This document shows, piece by piece, positions 1 through 12,171 of a DNA stretch of 64,000 nt. The translations under genes were made by a program, and so were the position numbers. Position 1 is the stretch's first letter, and the number at the start of each line of letters is the position of its first letter. The stretch spans positions 29,264,001-29,328,000 of the forward strand of contig NC_043003.1 in assembly GCF_006345805.1 (NCBI RefSeq), given 5' to 3'. Below the pieces are notes generated by a model that was not told where the DNA came from, ran no database searches, and worked only from the letters and a program-made list of their open reading frames with translations. Source of the stretch: Octopus sinensis. Lineage: Eukaryota.

Positions 1-225
1 TACAGTTTACAGTTTGAATTCTCAGCCGGAGTACTTCAAGTACATGGAGTCCCACAGAAAACAATTAGTAGGAGGATGATAATCATTTCTTTGTAATATT
101 TGGCAAGATTACAAGTTTGAATTTGAAATTTAGGAATAAGGAAGAAGTTGCATAGAATATACATTTTTTTCTTTTCTTTTTTATGAATATGAAGTTCTTG
201 AAATTTCTAATTTTAGGAAATGGAC

Positions 226-378
226 TTATTAGATATGTCTAATATATACTTTACATGAAGATGTATGGTCTAATGATTATGATGTTACACTCATAATCAC
301 AATATCATAGTTTCGATTCCTGTACCAAGTGGTGAATTTTGTCCTTGAGCAATACACTTCATTTCACATTGCTCCAGT
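226..378 (+). repeat. ~150-bp local direct repeat, copy 1 (copy 2 at ~1312-1464); includes a SINE head
   Basis: ttattagatatgtctaatatatactttacatgaagatg...cacattgctccagt occurs twice ~1086 bp apart with few mismatches. Confidence 0.85.
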
Positions 379-952
379 ATGTACCTGTATCTCCTTGTTC
401 TGACATGTGATGATTGTAAATGAGTGTCAGCATGATACAGTGATGTCCAATCTTCCATGAAAAGCATTTCTAACCATGGGGAAATATTATTTTGGCTTGG
501 AAACAGGGCAACAGGTGAAGGTTGGTGAATGAAATGTATAGCACCATTTCATTCTTTATAGAAATCATCATCATGACAAAATGCAAGGTATATAAATTAA
601 ATATTCTATGAAACGAAAAATTTCCTAAAGATGGAAAATAATTATGGTCTAAAAGAAATTCACAGAATGTGTTTTTACCTGTTACCTTTTTCTTTTATTT
701 TTCTTCATAAAGCTTTAGTTGGAGAAAATTCTTAGTGTCTACATAGAGAGTAACTTCTTCCAGGGAGTTCTACCTTGTGAAGGTATTCTTAGAGTAGCTA
801 ATATTTTAGTTTTAACTATGAATAAAATTCACAAGCCACTTAACAAGAGATCTTCATAAATTAGCCAAAACTCTTCCTAAATTAACATAAAATCTTCATA
901 AATTCACACAAAAAAAACTGGTTCTGATATCTTTCCTGGAACTTCTATTCAG

Positions 953-1081
953 ATGTATCGGCATCAACTTCAGGAGGTGAGTCTTTGGCAAACACTTCAG
1001 CATCTGAACACCGGAAGCGAGCATCATTGACAAACTTTGTACTCAATGAGGAAACGGACAATTCTTACCATCAAGGAAAAA
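953..1081 (+). CDS. TERF2IP: Internal coding exon of RAP1/TERF2IP-like gene (low-complexity linker)
   Basis: ttctattcAG acceptor and GTAAGT donor; 129 nt, phase 1-1, open frame DVSASTSGGESLANTSASEHRKRASLTNFVLNEETDNSYHQGK; phase matches the next exon. Confidence 0.6.
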
Positions 1082-1877
1082 GTAAGTGATTATTGACATC
1101 TTCTTCACTATTTTCTTTATTCTTTTCCTGGTCTTACCTGTTGGTTTGCAGCCTTGCTGGGTCACTCTTTTTAAAAGTTTTAGTTAATATGTTGACACTA
1201 GTATGTATTTTAGTCTGCTTGCTTGATGTTTTAACAATTGTCTAAAGTTATAAAGCTTGATGCCTCCATACACTTTGAGATGCACACTCACACACACATA
1301 CATGCATGCATTTATTAGATATGTCTAATATATACTTTACATGAAGATGCATGGCCTAATGGTTATGATGTTACACTCTCAATCACAATATCATAGTTTC
1401 AATTCCTGTACCAAGTGGTGAATTTTGTTCTTGAGCAATACACTTCATTTCACATTGCTCCAGTTCACTCAGTTGTAAATGAGTTATTCTGTGATAGACT
1501 AGCGTCCTATCCCTTAGGAATGTTGTGATCTCAATCACTTATACGCCATGGAAGACAAGTAACCAGCCCTGTGAGTCCTAAGACTTGAAATCATGTGTAG
1601 GAGTTGATGATGATGATGATTATGAATATATTCTTTGGTGGTATGGCTAAGTGAAGAACCATGGTAGGTAGTATGGCAAAACAAAGGACTGCAGTATGTC
1701 ACATGGCACAGTCTGTCTGTCTAGGAGGACAGCAACTCCAAAGAGGAACTGATACCAGGTAGAGATGTCTCTTCAGTTTTGCTTTGATGGAACCAACCTT
1801 TTTTAGTGCTAATGGTTATAAGATGTACCCTGTACATTCTGAAAGTAGTTAGTGATAGGATAAATATCCAGCCTTAG

Positions 1878-2209
1878 TGAGGGCGCGTGGCTTAGTGGTT
1901 AGGGCATTCGGCTCATGATCGTAAGGTTGTGAGTTCGATTCCCGGCGACGCGTTGTGTCCTTGAGCAAGACACTTTATTTCACGTTGCTCCAGTCCACTC
2001 AGCTGGCAAAAATGAGTTGTACTTGTATTTCAAAGGGTCAGCCTTGTCACTCTCTGTGTCACGCTGATTATCCCCGAGAACTACGTTAAGGGTACACGTG
2101 TCTGTGGAATGCTCAGCCATTTGCACGTTAATTTCACGAGCAAGCTGTTCCGTTGATCGTATCAGCTGGGACCCTCGTCGTCGTAACCGGCGGAGTCTTT
2201 AGTCTTTTA
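1878..2209 (+). mobile_element. Young tRNA-derived (CORE-like) SINE with target-site duplication
   Basis: A box TGGCTTAGTGG, B box GAGTTCGATTCCC, CORE-like tgtgtccttgagcaagacacttt; 12-bp TSD atccagccttag at 1866-1877 and 2210-2221; CpGs intact. Confidence 0.85.
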
Positions 2210-3254
2210 ATCCAGCCTTAGAAATCATGCTAAAAATGTAATGTACAAGCAAGATGTGGATGCAGCATGACAAGTTCTTTATTATGATGATGAAGAGATA
2301 AAAAAAAGGAAAAGATAGAAAGTTATAACAGTCTGAAACCTAGTGTCAAAGAGGAGAGCAAGTTTGACAAATAAAAAGCCAAGTTTTGATAAATAACCAA
2401 AAATAGTTGGGAAGGACAGTCAAAATACCTTTGGAAGAACTTGGTAAGAAATGTGATATAATGCAGTAATCATTGTAGATGGTTCAAGTGAATTTGTCAA
2501 AAGTATTTTAACTAAGTAGAAGGGGAAAGAAAAACAAGTATGTTTAAAGTTATTTTAATGCTTCTAAAAATATTTCCCTTTGGAGAGAAAAAATTATATT
2601 TTGATAAAATTGTCCTAGTTTGGCTCTCACTGGAAAATGCTAGAGAAAATAATGCAAAGGATTGATAGTTAAGATGTTTTTATTTATGTTTGTTTCTTTG
2701 AAATAAACAAATTATTTGCTTATTCATGCTGATGTCTGCCAGATTGACAGTAAATTTATCATCATCATATATTGTATGCTTTCACAACACATTAATAACT
2801 CTATAACAAAAGCCTGTCTGATCAAGAGTGGGTTCTCCCCTCAGATGAAGGCATAGCATTACTTCATTCTGACTTTCTCATATTTTTTTCTTAGCAGAGA
2901 TATTGGGGTAATTTGCCATTGCCTTCCCCAACTGGATGACTTTTGGCCCACAAAGACAGTAAATTAATTTGGGCTAAAAAAAAAAATCCTAAAACATGAA
3001 GAACCTCTTGCAGCCACACCACTGTTTGAGATAAATTTTTAGGTGTCTACATGTAGCTTTTCGTCTGTGTCACAACACTTAACTTATATTTACATTTCAA
3101 GTCTGTTTAGCTCTACTTGATCTATGTCGCTTTGCTTGGTTTGTGTCTACATTTAGTTTCTGTGACTATATTTGTTCTGTGTTAATCTATTTGAGTTTTA
3201 CCTATATTTAATTTATATGTCTACGTTTGGTACATGTGGTTTTATTTGGGTTGT

Positions 3255-3612
3255 GCAACTACATGGTTGGCTTCTGCAACAAGTGCATTTGCCTTGTTCA
3301 GCAAGTGCAGCTGACTCATGCAACAAATGCAGCTGCCTTCTGCAACAAGTGCAGCTTGCTTTTAATGTGTGGCTAGTTTCTATAAGTGAACCTGGCTTAT
3401 TCAAGAAATGCATTTGGCTTCAACATGCAGCTGAATGACAACAGATGCACCTGGTTTGAACAAGCGCAATTGTCTTCCACAATGTGCATTTGGCTTCTAC
3501 AAATGCAGGTGGTTTCTTAAAGTGCTGTTGGCTTCTACAACAAATGTAACTTACTTCTATTAAGAATGCAGCTCACTTTTAAAACATAGGCAACTGGCTT
3601 CTACACCAAGTG
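3255..3612. repeat. Degenerate ~22-bp minisatellite (gcagctggcttctgcaacaagt-like)
   Basis: Recurrent tgcagct/ggcttct/caacaa units. Confidence 0.6.
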
Positions 3613-4531
3613 AGCAGATAGCCACGAGTTCACACTGCCTCACAGCCAGATTTTATGAATATCAGACATTATAAATATAATGAGCTCATGTAATTCATTG
3701 TCAGTCTTGCTATGGCAAAGCAGAATTATAAAATTCAGATATTTTACATGAACCTAAAATCTTCACATGATGTTTTGACCTCCCAAAGTTTCATAAGTTA
3801 CACTCACATTTTCCTCTTTGTATTCATTAAAGCCCACTCAGTGTTCGCCTATACTCAATGAGTAACAACCAACACTTCACTTGTATTTATTATTGTGTTT
3901 TGCTTTCTGTTGTTGTCGCTTTGCTTCTTTGTTCCACTTGATTTTAATTAAAATCTTTGAGTCCTCTTCTCTGTCTCTTTCTTCTCAGTCATTTTCTTTT
4001 TCTCCATATTCTTCTTTCCTTCTCTACATTCCTCTTTATCGTCCACTTCGTCTTCTTTCTTCCTTTTTGTCCATCACCACCACGTCTCTCCCTCCATCTC
4101 CTCATTTTTTTCTTCTTAGCTTCTTTTTCTTTACCACCACCTTAGACATAGGCATGGCTTTGTAGTAAGAAGTTTGTTTCTCAACCACATGGTTCTGGGT
4201 TCAGTCCCACTTCATGGCACCTTGGGCGAGTATCTTTTTCTATAGCCCCTGGCCAACCAAAGCCGTGTGATTGGATTTGGTAGATGGGAACTGAAAGAAG
4301 CCCGTCATGTATGCATGTATGTATACTTCAGAAATGTAACCACATGTGGATTGTTGATGATTTTTCCTTATTTCTCCTTTCTCTTTGGATTTTTCTCTTT
4401 CCGACAGAGTTATACTCGAAACAATAAAATCTCTCTCCTTTCACTATATTTCAATATATTTCTTGTGCACGTCCTCACATTCAGTTTTTTCGTTTTTCCT
4501 CTGTCTTTTGTTTGTTTGTTCTTTGAATTGA

Positions 4532-6419
4532 CTAAACTGTTGGATCAGGTGATGAAGGTCACAGAGAGGGTCATAACCCATCTCATAAGGGAGAGAATTT
4601 GCTTAGATGAGATGCAGTTCGGTTTTGTGCCGGGTAGAAGCACCACTGATGCTATATTCCTGGTCCGACAACTGCAGGAGAAATACCTAGCTAAAGATAA
4701 ACTCCTCTACATAGCTTTTGTGGACTTGGAGAAAGCCTTTGACAGGGTCCCCCGATCCTTTATCTGGTGGTCGATGCGGAAACTGGAGATTGACGAATGG
4801 CTAATAAGGGCTGTACAGGCCCTATACAGAGAGGCTGTCAGCAAGGTTAGGATTGGCAACGAATATAGTGAAGAATTCCGGGTAGAAGTAGGTGTACACC
4901 AAGGTTCAGCCCTCAGTCCCCTTTTATTCATCATAGTCCTCCAGGCAATAACAGAGGAATTCAAAACAGGCTGCCCCTGGGAGCTCCTCTACGTTGATGA
5001 CCTGGCTCTCATAGCAGAATCACTACCAGAACTAGAAAAGAAATTTCGGGTGTGGAAGCAAGGGTTAGAATCAAAGGGCCTTAGAGTAAATGTAGCAAAG
5101 ACCAAAGTTATAGTAAGCAGAAAGGCAAACTCAGCACACACACCCTTGGGCTGATGGCCCTGCTCAATCTGTAGGAAAGGTGTAGGTAGAAACTCCATAA
5201 GATGTACCCAGTGTAAGCTATGGACGCATAAGAGGTGCAGCAACATCAAAGGGAAATTAACTGATAAGATAGCTTTTATGTGCGGCAGATGCACAGGGAC
5301 CATAGACACTACAGATACTCAGAAAACAGATTCCATCACACTCCAGGGGGAGAAACTAGAAGTAGTTGATAGTTTCTGCTACCTGGGTGACCAAGTTAGT
5401 GGAGGTGGATGCTCAGAGAGTGTCACCACTAGAATACGAATAGCCTGGGCAAAGTTTAGAAAGCTCCTACCACTACTGGTGACAAAGGGTCTCTCGCTCA
5501 GAGTGAAAGGTAGATTGTATGATGCATGTGTGCGAACTGCCATGCTTCACCATAGTGAAACATGGGCCGTGACTGCAGAGGACATGTGTAGACTTGAAGG
5601 AAATGAAGCTAGCATGATGCGCTGGATGTGTAGTGTCAGTGTGCGCGCACGACAGAGGGTAAGCACCCTGAGAAAAATGCTGGACATAAGAAGCATCAGA
5701 TGTGGTGTGCAAGAGCGACGCTTGCGATGGTATGGTCATGTACTGCAGATGGATGAGGAGAGATGTGTGAAGAAGTGCCGCTCCCAAACAGTTGAAGGTA
5801 TCAGGGGAAGAGGTAGACCCAGGAAGACATGGGATGAGGTAGTCAAGCATGACCTCAGAGCATTGGGCCTCACAGAGGCAATGGCGAAGGACCGAGATCT
5901 CTGGAGATATGCAGTGACTGCAAAGACCCGGGCTGCTTCCTGCACCAGTTCTGCATAGCCCCTGCCCATTCAAAGTACCTTGGATTCCAGAACATCCCGC
6001 TGTGCTTGAGGAGACCTATTGAGTCAAGTACATGAACATCGAAATAAATATCAATGGAAATAGTGGTTGTGATACCTGTGCCGGTTGCACATAAAAAGCA
6101 CCATCCAAACGTGGCCGATGCCAGCACCGCCTCGACTATCTTCTGTGCCGGTGGCACATAAAAAGCACCATCCGAACGTGACCGATAACAGTTCTGCCCT
6201 GGCTGGCTTCCAACGTGGCCGATGCCAGACTCCCCTGGCACTTAAAAAGCACCCACTACACTCGAGGAGTGGTTGGCGTTAGGAAGGGCATCCAGCTTTA
6301 GAAACACTGCCAGATCAGACTGGAGCCTAGTGCAGCCCCTGGCTTCCCAGACCCCAGTCGAACTGTCCAACCCGTGCTAGCGCGGAAAACGGATGTTAAA
6401 CGATGATGATGATGATGAT
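4532..6419 (+). mobile_element. 5'-truncated RTE-clade LINE: RT region with one in-frame stop (5152-5154), 3' UTR and (GAT)n tail
   Basis: QFGFVPGRSTTDAIF, FVDLEKAFDRVP, GVHQGSALSPLLF, LYVDD, RRLRWYGHV, RGRGRPRKTW; ORFs 4267 and 5278 are in the same frame; tail gttaaacgatgatgatgat. Confidence 0.92.
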
Positions 6420-6581
6420 ATGCACACACCTTCATCATCTCTTTCCCACCTCATTTCACACATTTCACCCCTCTTCCTCTCCCTATTCTTACTTCTCCTC
6501 CTTCACCATCAACACCACCACCTCTACTGACCATGTGTAACTGCAACTATCTTTTCTTTTTCATTTTTTTTTCTGTTTCAG

Positions 6582-6640
6582 AATCAAATAATAGAGGGGT
6601 GAAGACAAATGAAATGGATTTTGCCATTAAAATCATCAAT
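6582..6640 (+). CDS. TERF2IP: Coding exon of RAP1/TERF2IP-like gene (start of RCT domain)
   Basis: Long polypyrimidine tract + ttcAG and GTGAGT donor; 59 nt, phase 1-0, KSNNRGVKTNEMDFAIKIIN (cf. recalled human RAP1 AAIKIIRQL). Confidence 0.7.
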
Positions 6641-7393
6641 GTGAGTTGATACCATCTACACATACATATACACCTTCATGTGTATTTACACACACACACA
6701 CTCACATACACAGGCAACGTGAGCACCTTCTTATGCAAGTCACTTGCCCTGCTAGAAATAGCTGCCAACTCTTCTTCAGACCACACCCTACTGCCTTTAA
6801 TAAGGAAATGATGCATTAGATTATGTGGGCATACATATCTGTAAAAATGATAGACTGACCATGGCAGGAAAACCTTTGCCCATAGGTCTGCTTTATGAGT
6901 ATTGACCTTTGGTTAAACAACATATATACACTTATACATACAATAGGATTTTCATGTAGGGCTAATCAACATGTACACATATTTGTAAACATGCAAACAC
7001 AGGTGCATGCGTGCATTCACACACACATACACACACACACTCTTTTTTCTCAGAAATGGGGACACCCATAGTGTTTCTTGTCATCAAACAAGTTTCTCTC
7101 TTATTTTGCCAGTAATTCAGCTTATACCAATCTCTCTGATCACCAAACGGGTTCCGCTCCTACCTTATCTGACTTATAACTTAGTGTGCTTCAGTTTGTC
7201 TGGTCAGCAAACAGGTCCCACTGTTTTCTTGTCCACTTACGTGTTCAGAATTCATATCCCACTGAGCTTAACTTTATCTTTCATCCCTGCAGGGTCAAAA
7301 AAATAAACTGAAATATCTGTCAAGTTTCTGGTAATTAGTCAATTCTACCTTCTTCTCAAAACTGCTGGCTCTGTGCTTAAAGTGTAAACAAAA

Positions 7394-7662
7394 GGTGGCA
7401 AACTGGCAGAATTGTTAGCAAGTTGGACAAAATGCTTAGTGGCATTTTTTCTGGCTCTTTGTGCTCTGAGTTCAAATTCTGCCGAGGATGGCTTTGCCTC
7501 TCATCTTTTCAGGGTCAATGAATTAAGTACCAGTTACACACTGGGGTTGATAAAATCGACTTGTCCCCTCCCGCAAAATTAAGCATCAGTTGAACACTGG
7601 GGTTGATGTAATTGACTTGCCCCCACCCCCAAAATTGCAGACCTTGTATCAAAATTTGAAAT
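7394..7662 (+). mobile_element. tRNA-derived SINE, family 2 (ggcgagctggcagaa...ttcatcctttcggggtcgataaa core)
   Basis: B-box-like gagttcaaattc and conserved core; related copies at ~12456-12920, 19085-19230(-), 30485-30690(-), 45370-45610(-), 46100-46310(-), 53728-53935, 58250-58465(-), 63865-64000(-). Confidence 0.65.
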
Positions 7663-7667
7663 TATTA

Positions 7668-8010
7668 TCACCTCTGCCCTGGCGAAGGTGGAGGTATTGT
7701 TTTCAGTCGTGTTTGTTTGTCCATGGACAAAATATCTCAGAAACCGCTGGATGGATTCAGATGAAACTTTCAGGGATGCTTGGCCTTGTGACTGATACAA
7801 ACTGATTAAATTTGGGGATCGATCCGTACCAGACAAGGATTCTGAATTATTTTTCCAGTTTTTTTACTTAATTTTTGAGAGTGGTCGAGTTCACTTTTAG
7901 TATTCTCGTCTGCGAGAGCAGTCAAATTTATTTCAGATATTTTCATTTTAAAAATCATCTCTGGCTAACCGGTGTTGCCTTGTCATAGGTTTGCACTGAG
8001 TGCTCTTGTT
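7668..8010 (+). mobile_element. Helentron/DINE-1-like non-autonomous element (HINE)
   Basis: 5' ttatcacctctgcc..ggcgaaggtggagg subterminal palindrome, (gttt)n block, 3' taggtttgcactgagtgctcttgtt hairpin end; T-rich insertion site. Confidence 0.55.
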
Positions 8011-8252
8011 ATTATTGATTTTATTTAATAAATTCATTTTTCACTTTAGACAAAACTTAAAGAACTAATTAGAAGCTGAGTTTTGTTTGTCTTTTGTCAT
8101 TTAATTATTGTTTAGCAACATGTCAACTAAGATTCAGCAGACATTTGATCAAACTTGTTCCAGCCATGACCATCCATTGTTATTTTGGTCAACATTGGTT
8201 TTCATCACTCCAGAATGAGGGTTGATAAAATAACTTAGTGCTATTTTACTTG

Positions 8253-8371
8253 GTTTATGGCCATACCATGTTGAAAACACTGGTTCTCGTCTGATCACTG
8301 AAGTTAAGCAACATCAAACCTAGTTAATACTTAGATGGGTGACTGCTGGGGAAACCTAAGTGCTGTAAACG
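8253..8371 (+). pseudogene. Full-length 5S rRNA pseudogene
   Basis: gtttatggccataccatgttgaaaacactggttctcgtctgatcactgaagttaagcaac...gatgggtgactgctggggaaacctaagtgctgtaaac aligns along the whole ~119-nt metazoan 5S rRNA, with many CpG>TpG/CpA changes; solitary and intronic. Confidence 0.85.
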
Positions 8372-8381
8372 TCTTTCATTT

Positions 8382-8690
8382 GTGGAGGCACATGACCAAG
8401 TGGTTAGAGCAGCAGACTCACGGTCGAGGGATTGCAGGTTCGAATCTCAGAACAGGCAATGTGTGTGTTTATGAGCAATACACCTAAGCTCCACACAGCT
8501 CCAGCAGAAGGTAATGGCAAATTTCTGCTGACTCTTTCACCACAACTTTCTCTCACTCTCTCCTGCTACATCTAGCAGCTCACCTGCAACGGACCGGCAT
8601 TCTGTTCAGATGAGGAACCTATATGCCAATGAAACCAGGAAACTGACCCTTATGAGCCAGGCATGGCTCGAGAAGGAACAAGCAACAACA
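8382..8690 (+). mobile_element. tRNA-derived SINE, family 3 (second copy at 48619-48910)
   Basis: gtggaggcacatgaccaagtggttagagc...ggttcgaatctc A/B boxes and (caa)n tail; closely related copy at 48619. Confidence 0.75.
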
Positions 8691-9088
8691 GCATTCTACT
8701 TGAGATGTAGACTTAATCCATCTTGCTCAACATCAACCCCTGGACCAAAGCAATGATATCTGTAGCAGAGTCCATTCTGTCATAAGCATTCAGGGCAAAT
8801 TTGCTATCACTCTTGGACTCCTTAGAATTGGTCAAAGGTATTACCCTTTCTCATTTGGCTATGCCAAAAATAAATCCAGGGCTTCATTATCAAATGTTTC
8901 CTTTCTTTTTACAAGACAATGTAATTTGAGAGAGATTTAACTACCATTTCTAGTAGGCTGACTGACAACACAGTTGGCTTGTATGTCTCATCCAGTTTCA
9001 TCCAAAACCATATCATGATACAAATATCTTTTATAGATTTTGTCTTTCAATGTAAATCATTTAATCCTGTTTTTCATCACCTCTGTAG

Positions 9089-9203
9089 GATATATGCTGC
9101 AATTTCCAACTGGATGTTAAAGACGTTCTAGCAACTCTAGGATCAACCAATGGTAATGTGAACCAAGCCATTTCTTACATCAAATTTGGACCTAAATTAT
9201 CAG
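9089..9203 (+). CDS. TERF2IP: Coding exon of RAP1/TERF2IP-like gene (RCT domain)
   Basis: ctctgtAG acceptor and CAG/GTGAGA donor; 115 nt, phase 0-1, DICCNFQLDVKDVLATLGSTNGNVNQAISYIKFGPKLS (cf. EKFNLDLSTVTQAFLKNSGELEATSAFL). Confidence 0.75.
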
Positions 9204-9512
9204 GTGAGATTTTAGGACTTTTTATTTATTTATTCATTTATTTTGAGCTTTATTTGTTTTTTTTTTCTTTTTCTGAATGGCCACCTCATCATTTTTCATT
9301 GGTCATCTCATCTGTTTCCAGGAGTCATCTCCTCTATTTTTTTCCACCTTGATTTGCATTTATATGCTTACTCATGTTAGGGAGGGCATCCAGATGTAGA
9401 AACCATGCTAAATCAGACTGGAACCTGGTGCAGCTCTCTGGCTTACCAGTTCCAGTCAAACTGTCTAACGCATGCCAGCATGGAAAGCAAACATCAAATG
9501 ATAATGATGATG

Positions 9513-9564
<52 letters not shown>

Positions 9565-9596
9565 CACACACACACCTATACATATAAACATATATA

Positions 9597-9960
9597 TCTC
9601 TTATTATAAAAGGCAGATTTTATCTGCCTCCCTTTGGGAGTTATACAAATCTACAATATAGGATTTCTTCAATTACAATTTACCTAGCAGTTTTAAGAGT
9701 ACAATGCATCGCGTCATGCCAGGTCCAGTTTTTAAAATTTAAACTCCAATTAAGCAAAATTTACAGAAAACTCACATTCTGGTGTGTGTGTGTCAAATGC
9801 TTTTCTTAGTCTGGTTTACACCACACGCAAACGCACACACACAGTGGGCAACGAATAAAATGAAAGTAAATAGCGACAGAGTGATTTGAGGAAGACTAAA
9901 GTGAAAGTATTCTGTCTATGACGCTGATAGATACATGAGTAAAATGTATGGGAAGCTAAG
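9597..9960 (+). mobile_element. Helitron-like 5' fragment
   Basis: A|TCTCTTATTATAAAA 5' terminus typical of Helitrons; 3' end not found. Confidence 0.4.
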
Positions 9961-10029
9961 AGCTAAGAGTGAGTGAAAATGTTCTTGGAAGAGAGTAATT
10001 AGTAATAAAGTAAACATACACTCATACAT

Positions 10030-10060
<31 letters not shown>

Positions 10061-10309
10061 TACACACACACACATACATACACACACACATACATACATA
10101 CACACATACATACATATACATACATACATACATATACATACATACATACACACACACATACACACACACACAGTATTGAAGCTTGAGAACAATCAGATAC
10201 ATTTGCAACACATCTGTTGAAAATATTATTGTTCACACACATACATATACATATATACATACAGACAGACAGACAGATAGACACACACACACACACACAC
10301 ACACACATG

Positions 10310-10725
10310 ATCCAGCATGGCCACAACCTCAAGGCTGAAACATATAAAAGAATAACAGAATATAAATGTGTGCAAAGTACAAGAAATATTAATGCAGTAT
10401 ATGGGGATTGGACAATAAGCATAAGGCAGTGTCAATGGTGGTTCCAGAAATCCCGAGCCATAAACTACAGCCTAGAAGACGAGCCTCATCCTGAAAGATC
10501 TGTAGAACTCGACAAGGACATCCTGAAAACCCTGGTGGAACAAAATATCATCGTAACTGTTGAGGAACTAGCAGAGAAGCTTGGATTTGGTCATTCAACC
10601 ATTCATTGACACCTGTGTGCTATCGGAAAAGTCAGCAAATTGGGTCAATGGGTTCCTCAGAACTTTCCGAGCCTAATTGCATGCAGAGAGTGAATGTATG
10701 CTTTTCTTTGCTGTCATATCTCACC
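10310..10725 (+). mobile_element. Mariner transposase N-terminal remnant
   Basis: RNINAVYG..ISIRQCQWWFQK..SLEDEPHPERS..VEQN..TVEELAEKLGFGHSTIH* followed by KVSKLGQWVP (WVPHEL motif). Confidence 0.8.
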
Positions 10726-10743
10726 ACTACTGCGCTATGTATA

Positions 10744-11379
10744 TCTATATATATAAAACTGTAGTTGTGTGAATGTCTGTCCCCTTCGATTTAGATTCCT
10801 AACTACTCCCACATTTTGCGGTACAGTTTAACCAAATTCGGGTAGCTTATAGTCGTGATTCATATCGAGCCCGTCTGAATATTAGCGCGCGTCTACGATG
10901 AGTCTACGATTTTAAAAATAATTTAACATCATTTTTTATTCCATTTTTAATGCATAATTTTTCGTGTGTCGATGGCGGCGGAGTTGGCGTCCACGCTCAC
11001 ACCTGCACCTGTGGGGAAGGGAGTGTAAGGAAATCAACGTCGTAATGCGTTGTCAAGGAGACCAGTGTTCTTTTAGAACAACGACTTCATGGCTTGAAGA
11101 CACCAAAACAGAAATGGCTAAGAAAGCGTCTACATGAGTCTACAATTTAAAAAAAAATTTACCGTCGTTTTTTTTCCATTTTAATGCATTTTTCACTATT
11201 ATATAAGGGAAGTAACTCTCTAAAAATGTCTACGATGAGTCAACGATTTAAAAAAAAATTTACCATCATATTTTTTCCATTTTTAATGCATTTTTTGCTA
11301 TTTTTTAGCTATAACTCTCTAAAAATGCTTATATAGTTATTTCCCTTACAAACCCAAGCAATGCCGGGCGATACTGCTA

Positions 11380-11380
<1 letters not shown>
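10744..11380 (+). mobile_element. Complete non-autonomous Helitron
   Basis: 5' TC (tctatatatataaaa), 3' hairpin cccaagcaatgccggg then CTAG, inserted between A and T; three internal gtctacgatgagtc..aaaaa..ccattttaatgca repeats. Confidence 0.8.
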
Positions 11381-11416
<36 letters not shown>

Positions 11417-11459
11417 CATTCATATATATACACACACTCATACATAAATGCACATCAAC

Positions 11460-11493
<34 letters not shown>

Positions 11494-12040
11494 ATATATA
11501 TACATACCAATGGAAAAATTTTCAATAAGCTAGTGCGTCAAACAAAAATATCTTGTATTTTCATTCTAATTGAGGCATCCAAGATATATCATTGCTAATA
11601 AATTATGGGATGATCACAATTGGAATGTCTTTCATCATAGGTTTATGGCATCGGGTCTGACCTAAAGAGAAACACCATGTACTGAGAATTGTTTCTGTTT
11701 AACTCTCGGCAAACCCTATTTGAGTAAACTTATTCCATCATAGATTTACAGGATCAAGTCTGAGCAGAGAAGTCGTTGTTTAACCCCAAGTTTAGACAGA
11801 CTTTCTTCATCATGGGTTTACAGGATCAAGTCTCGCCTGGCGATAAACATCAGGAGCAAAGAGATAGTTGTTCGTTAACCCTAAGTCAATCCTGTTTGAG
11901 CATTCCAGCCTTAACCATCTTGTCTTTTTGTATATTCCAGGCATAACATATTGTCCAAAGGCATTCTATCCAATTAATTTAATGACTCTCCCAATTTGCT
12001 GCTGAGATAACTATTCATTTAATGTTTAATTTTGTTGCAG

Positions 12041-12171
12041 GTGTGATACCATGGACACAGGAGGAAGATGCCATTATTTCATCAACAGATGAGCATCAAT
12101 TTAAAGACATTCTTCAAAAGCATGGGCATGTTGCTGTAGCCCAAAGACTTCAATTTCTGGATAATTTGTAA
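12041..12171 (+). CDS. TERF2IP: Last coding exon of RAP1/TERF2IP-like gene (RCT domain end)
   Basis: ttgttgcAG acceptor, phase 1, GVIPWTQEEDAIISSTDEHQFKDILQKHGHVAVAQRLQFLDNL* (cf. GYPIWSRQDDIDLQKDDEDTREALVKKFGAQNVARRIEF); GTAAGT donor at 12185 just after the stop. Confidence 0.75.

Noticed and set aside
1-79. Short open frame ending EYFKYMESHRKQLVGG*
   Set aside because: Truncated by the window edge, with no convincing motif or splice context
1878-1950. tRNA gene candidates at SINE heads
   Set aside because: A/B boxes continue into SINE bodies and tails; no complete cloverleaf was established
3172-3438. Cys/Gln-rich ORFs on both strands
   Set aside because: They arise from a degenerate ~22-bp minisatellite
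4267-4531. N-terminal part of the 295-aa ORF
   Set aside because: Read-through from a SINE and T-rich flank; RT homology starts only near 4532
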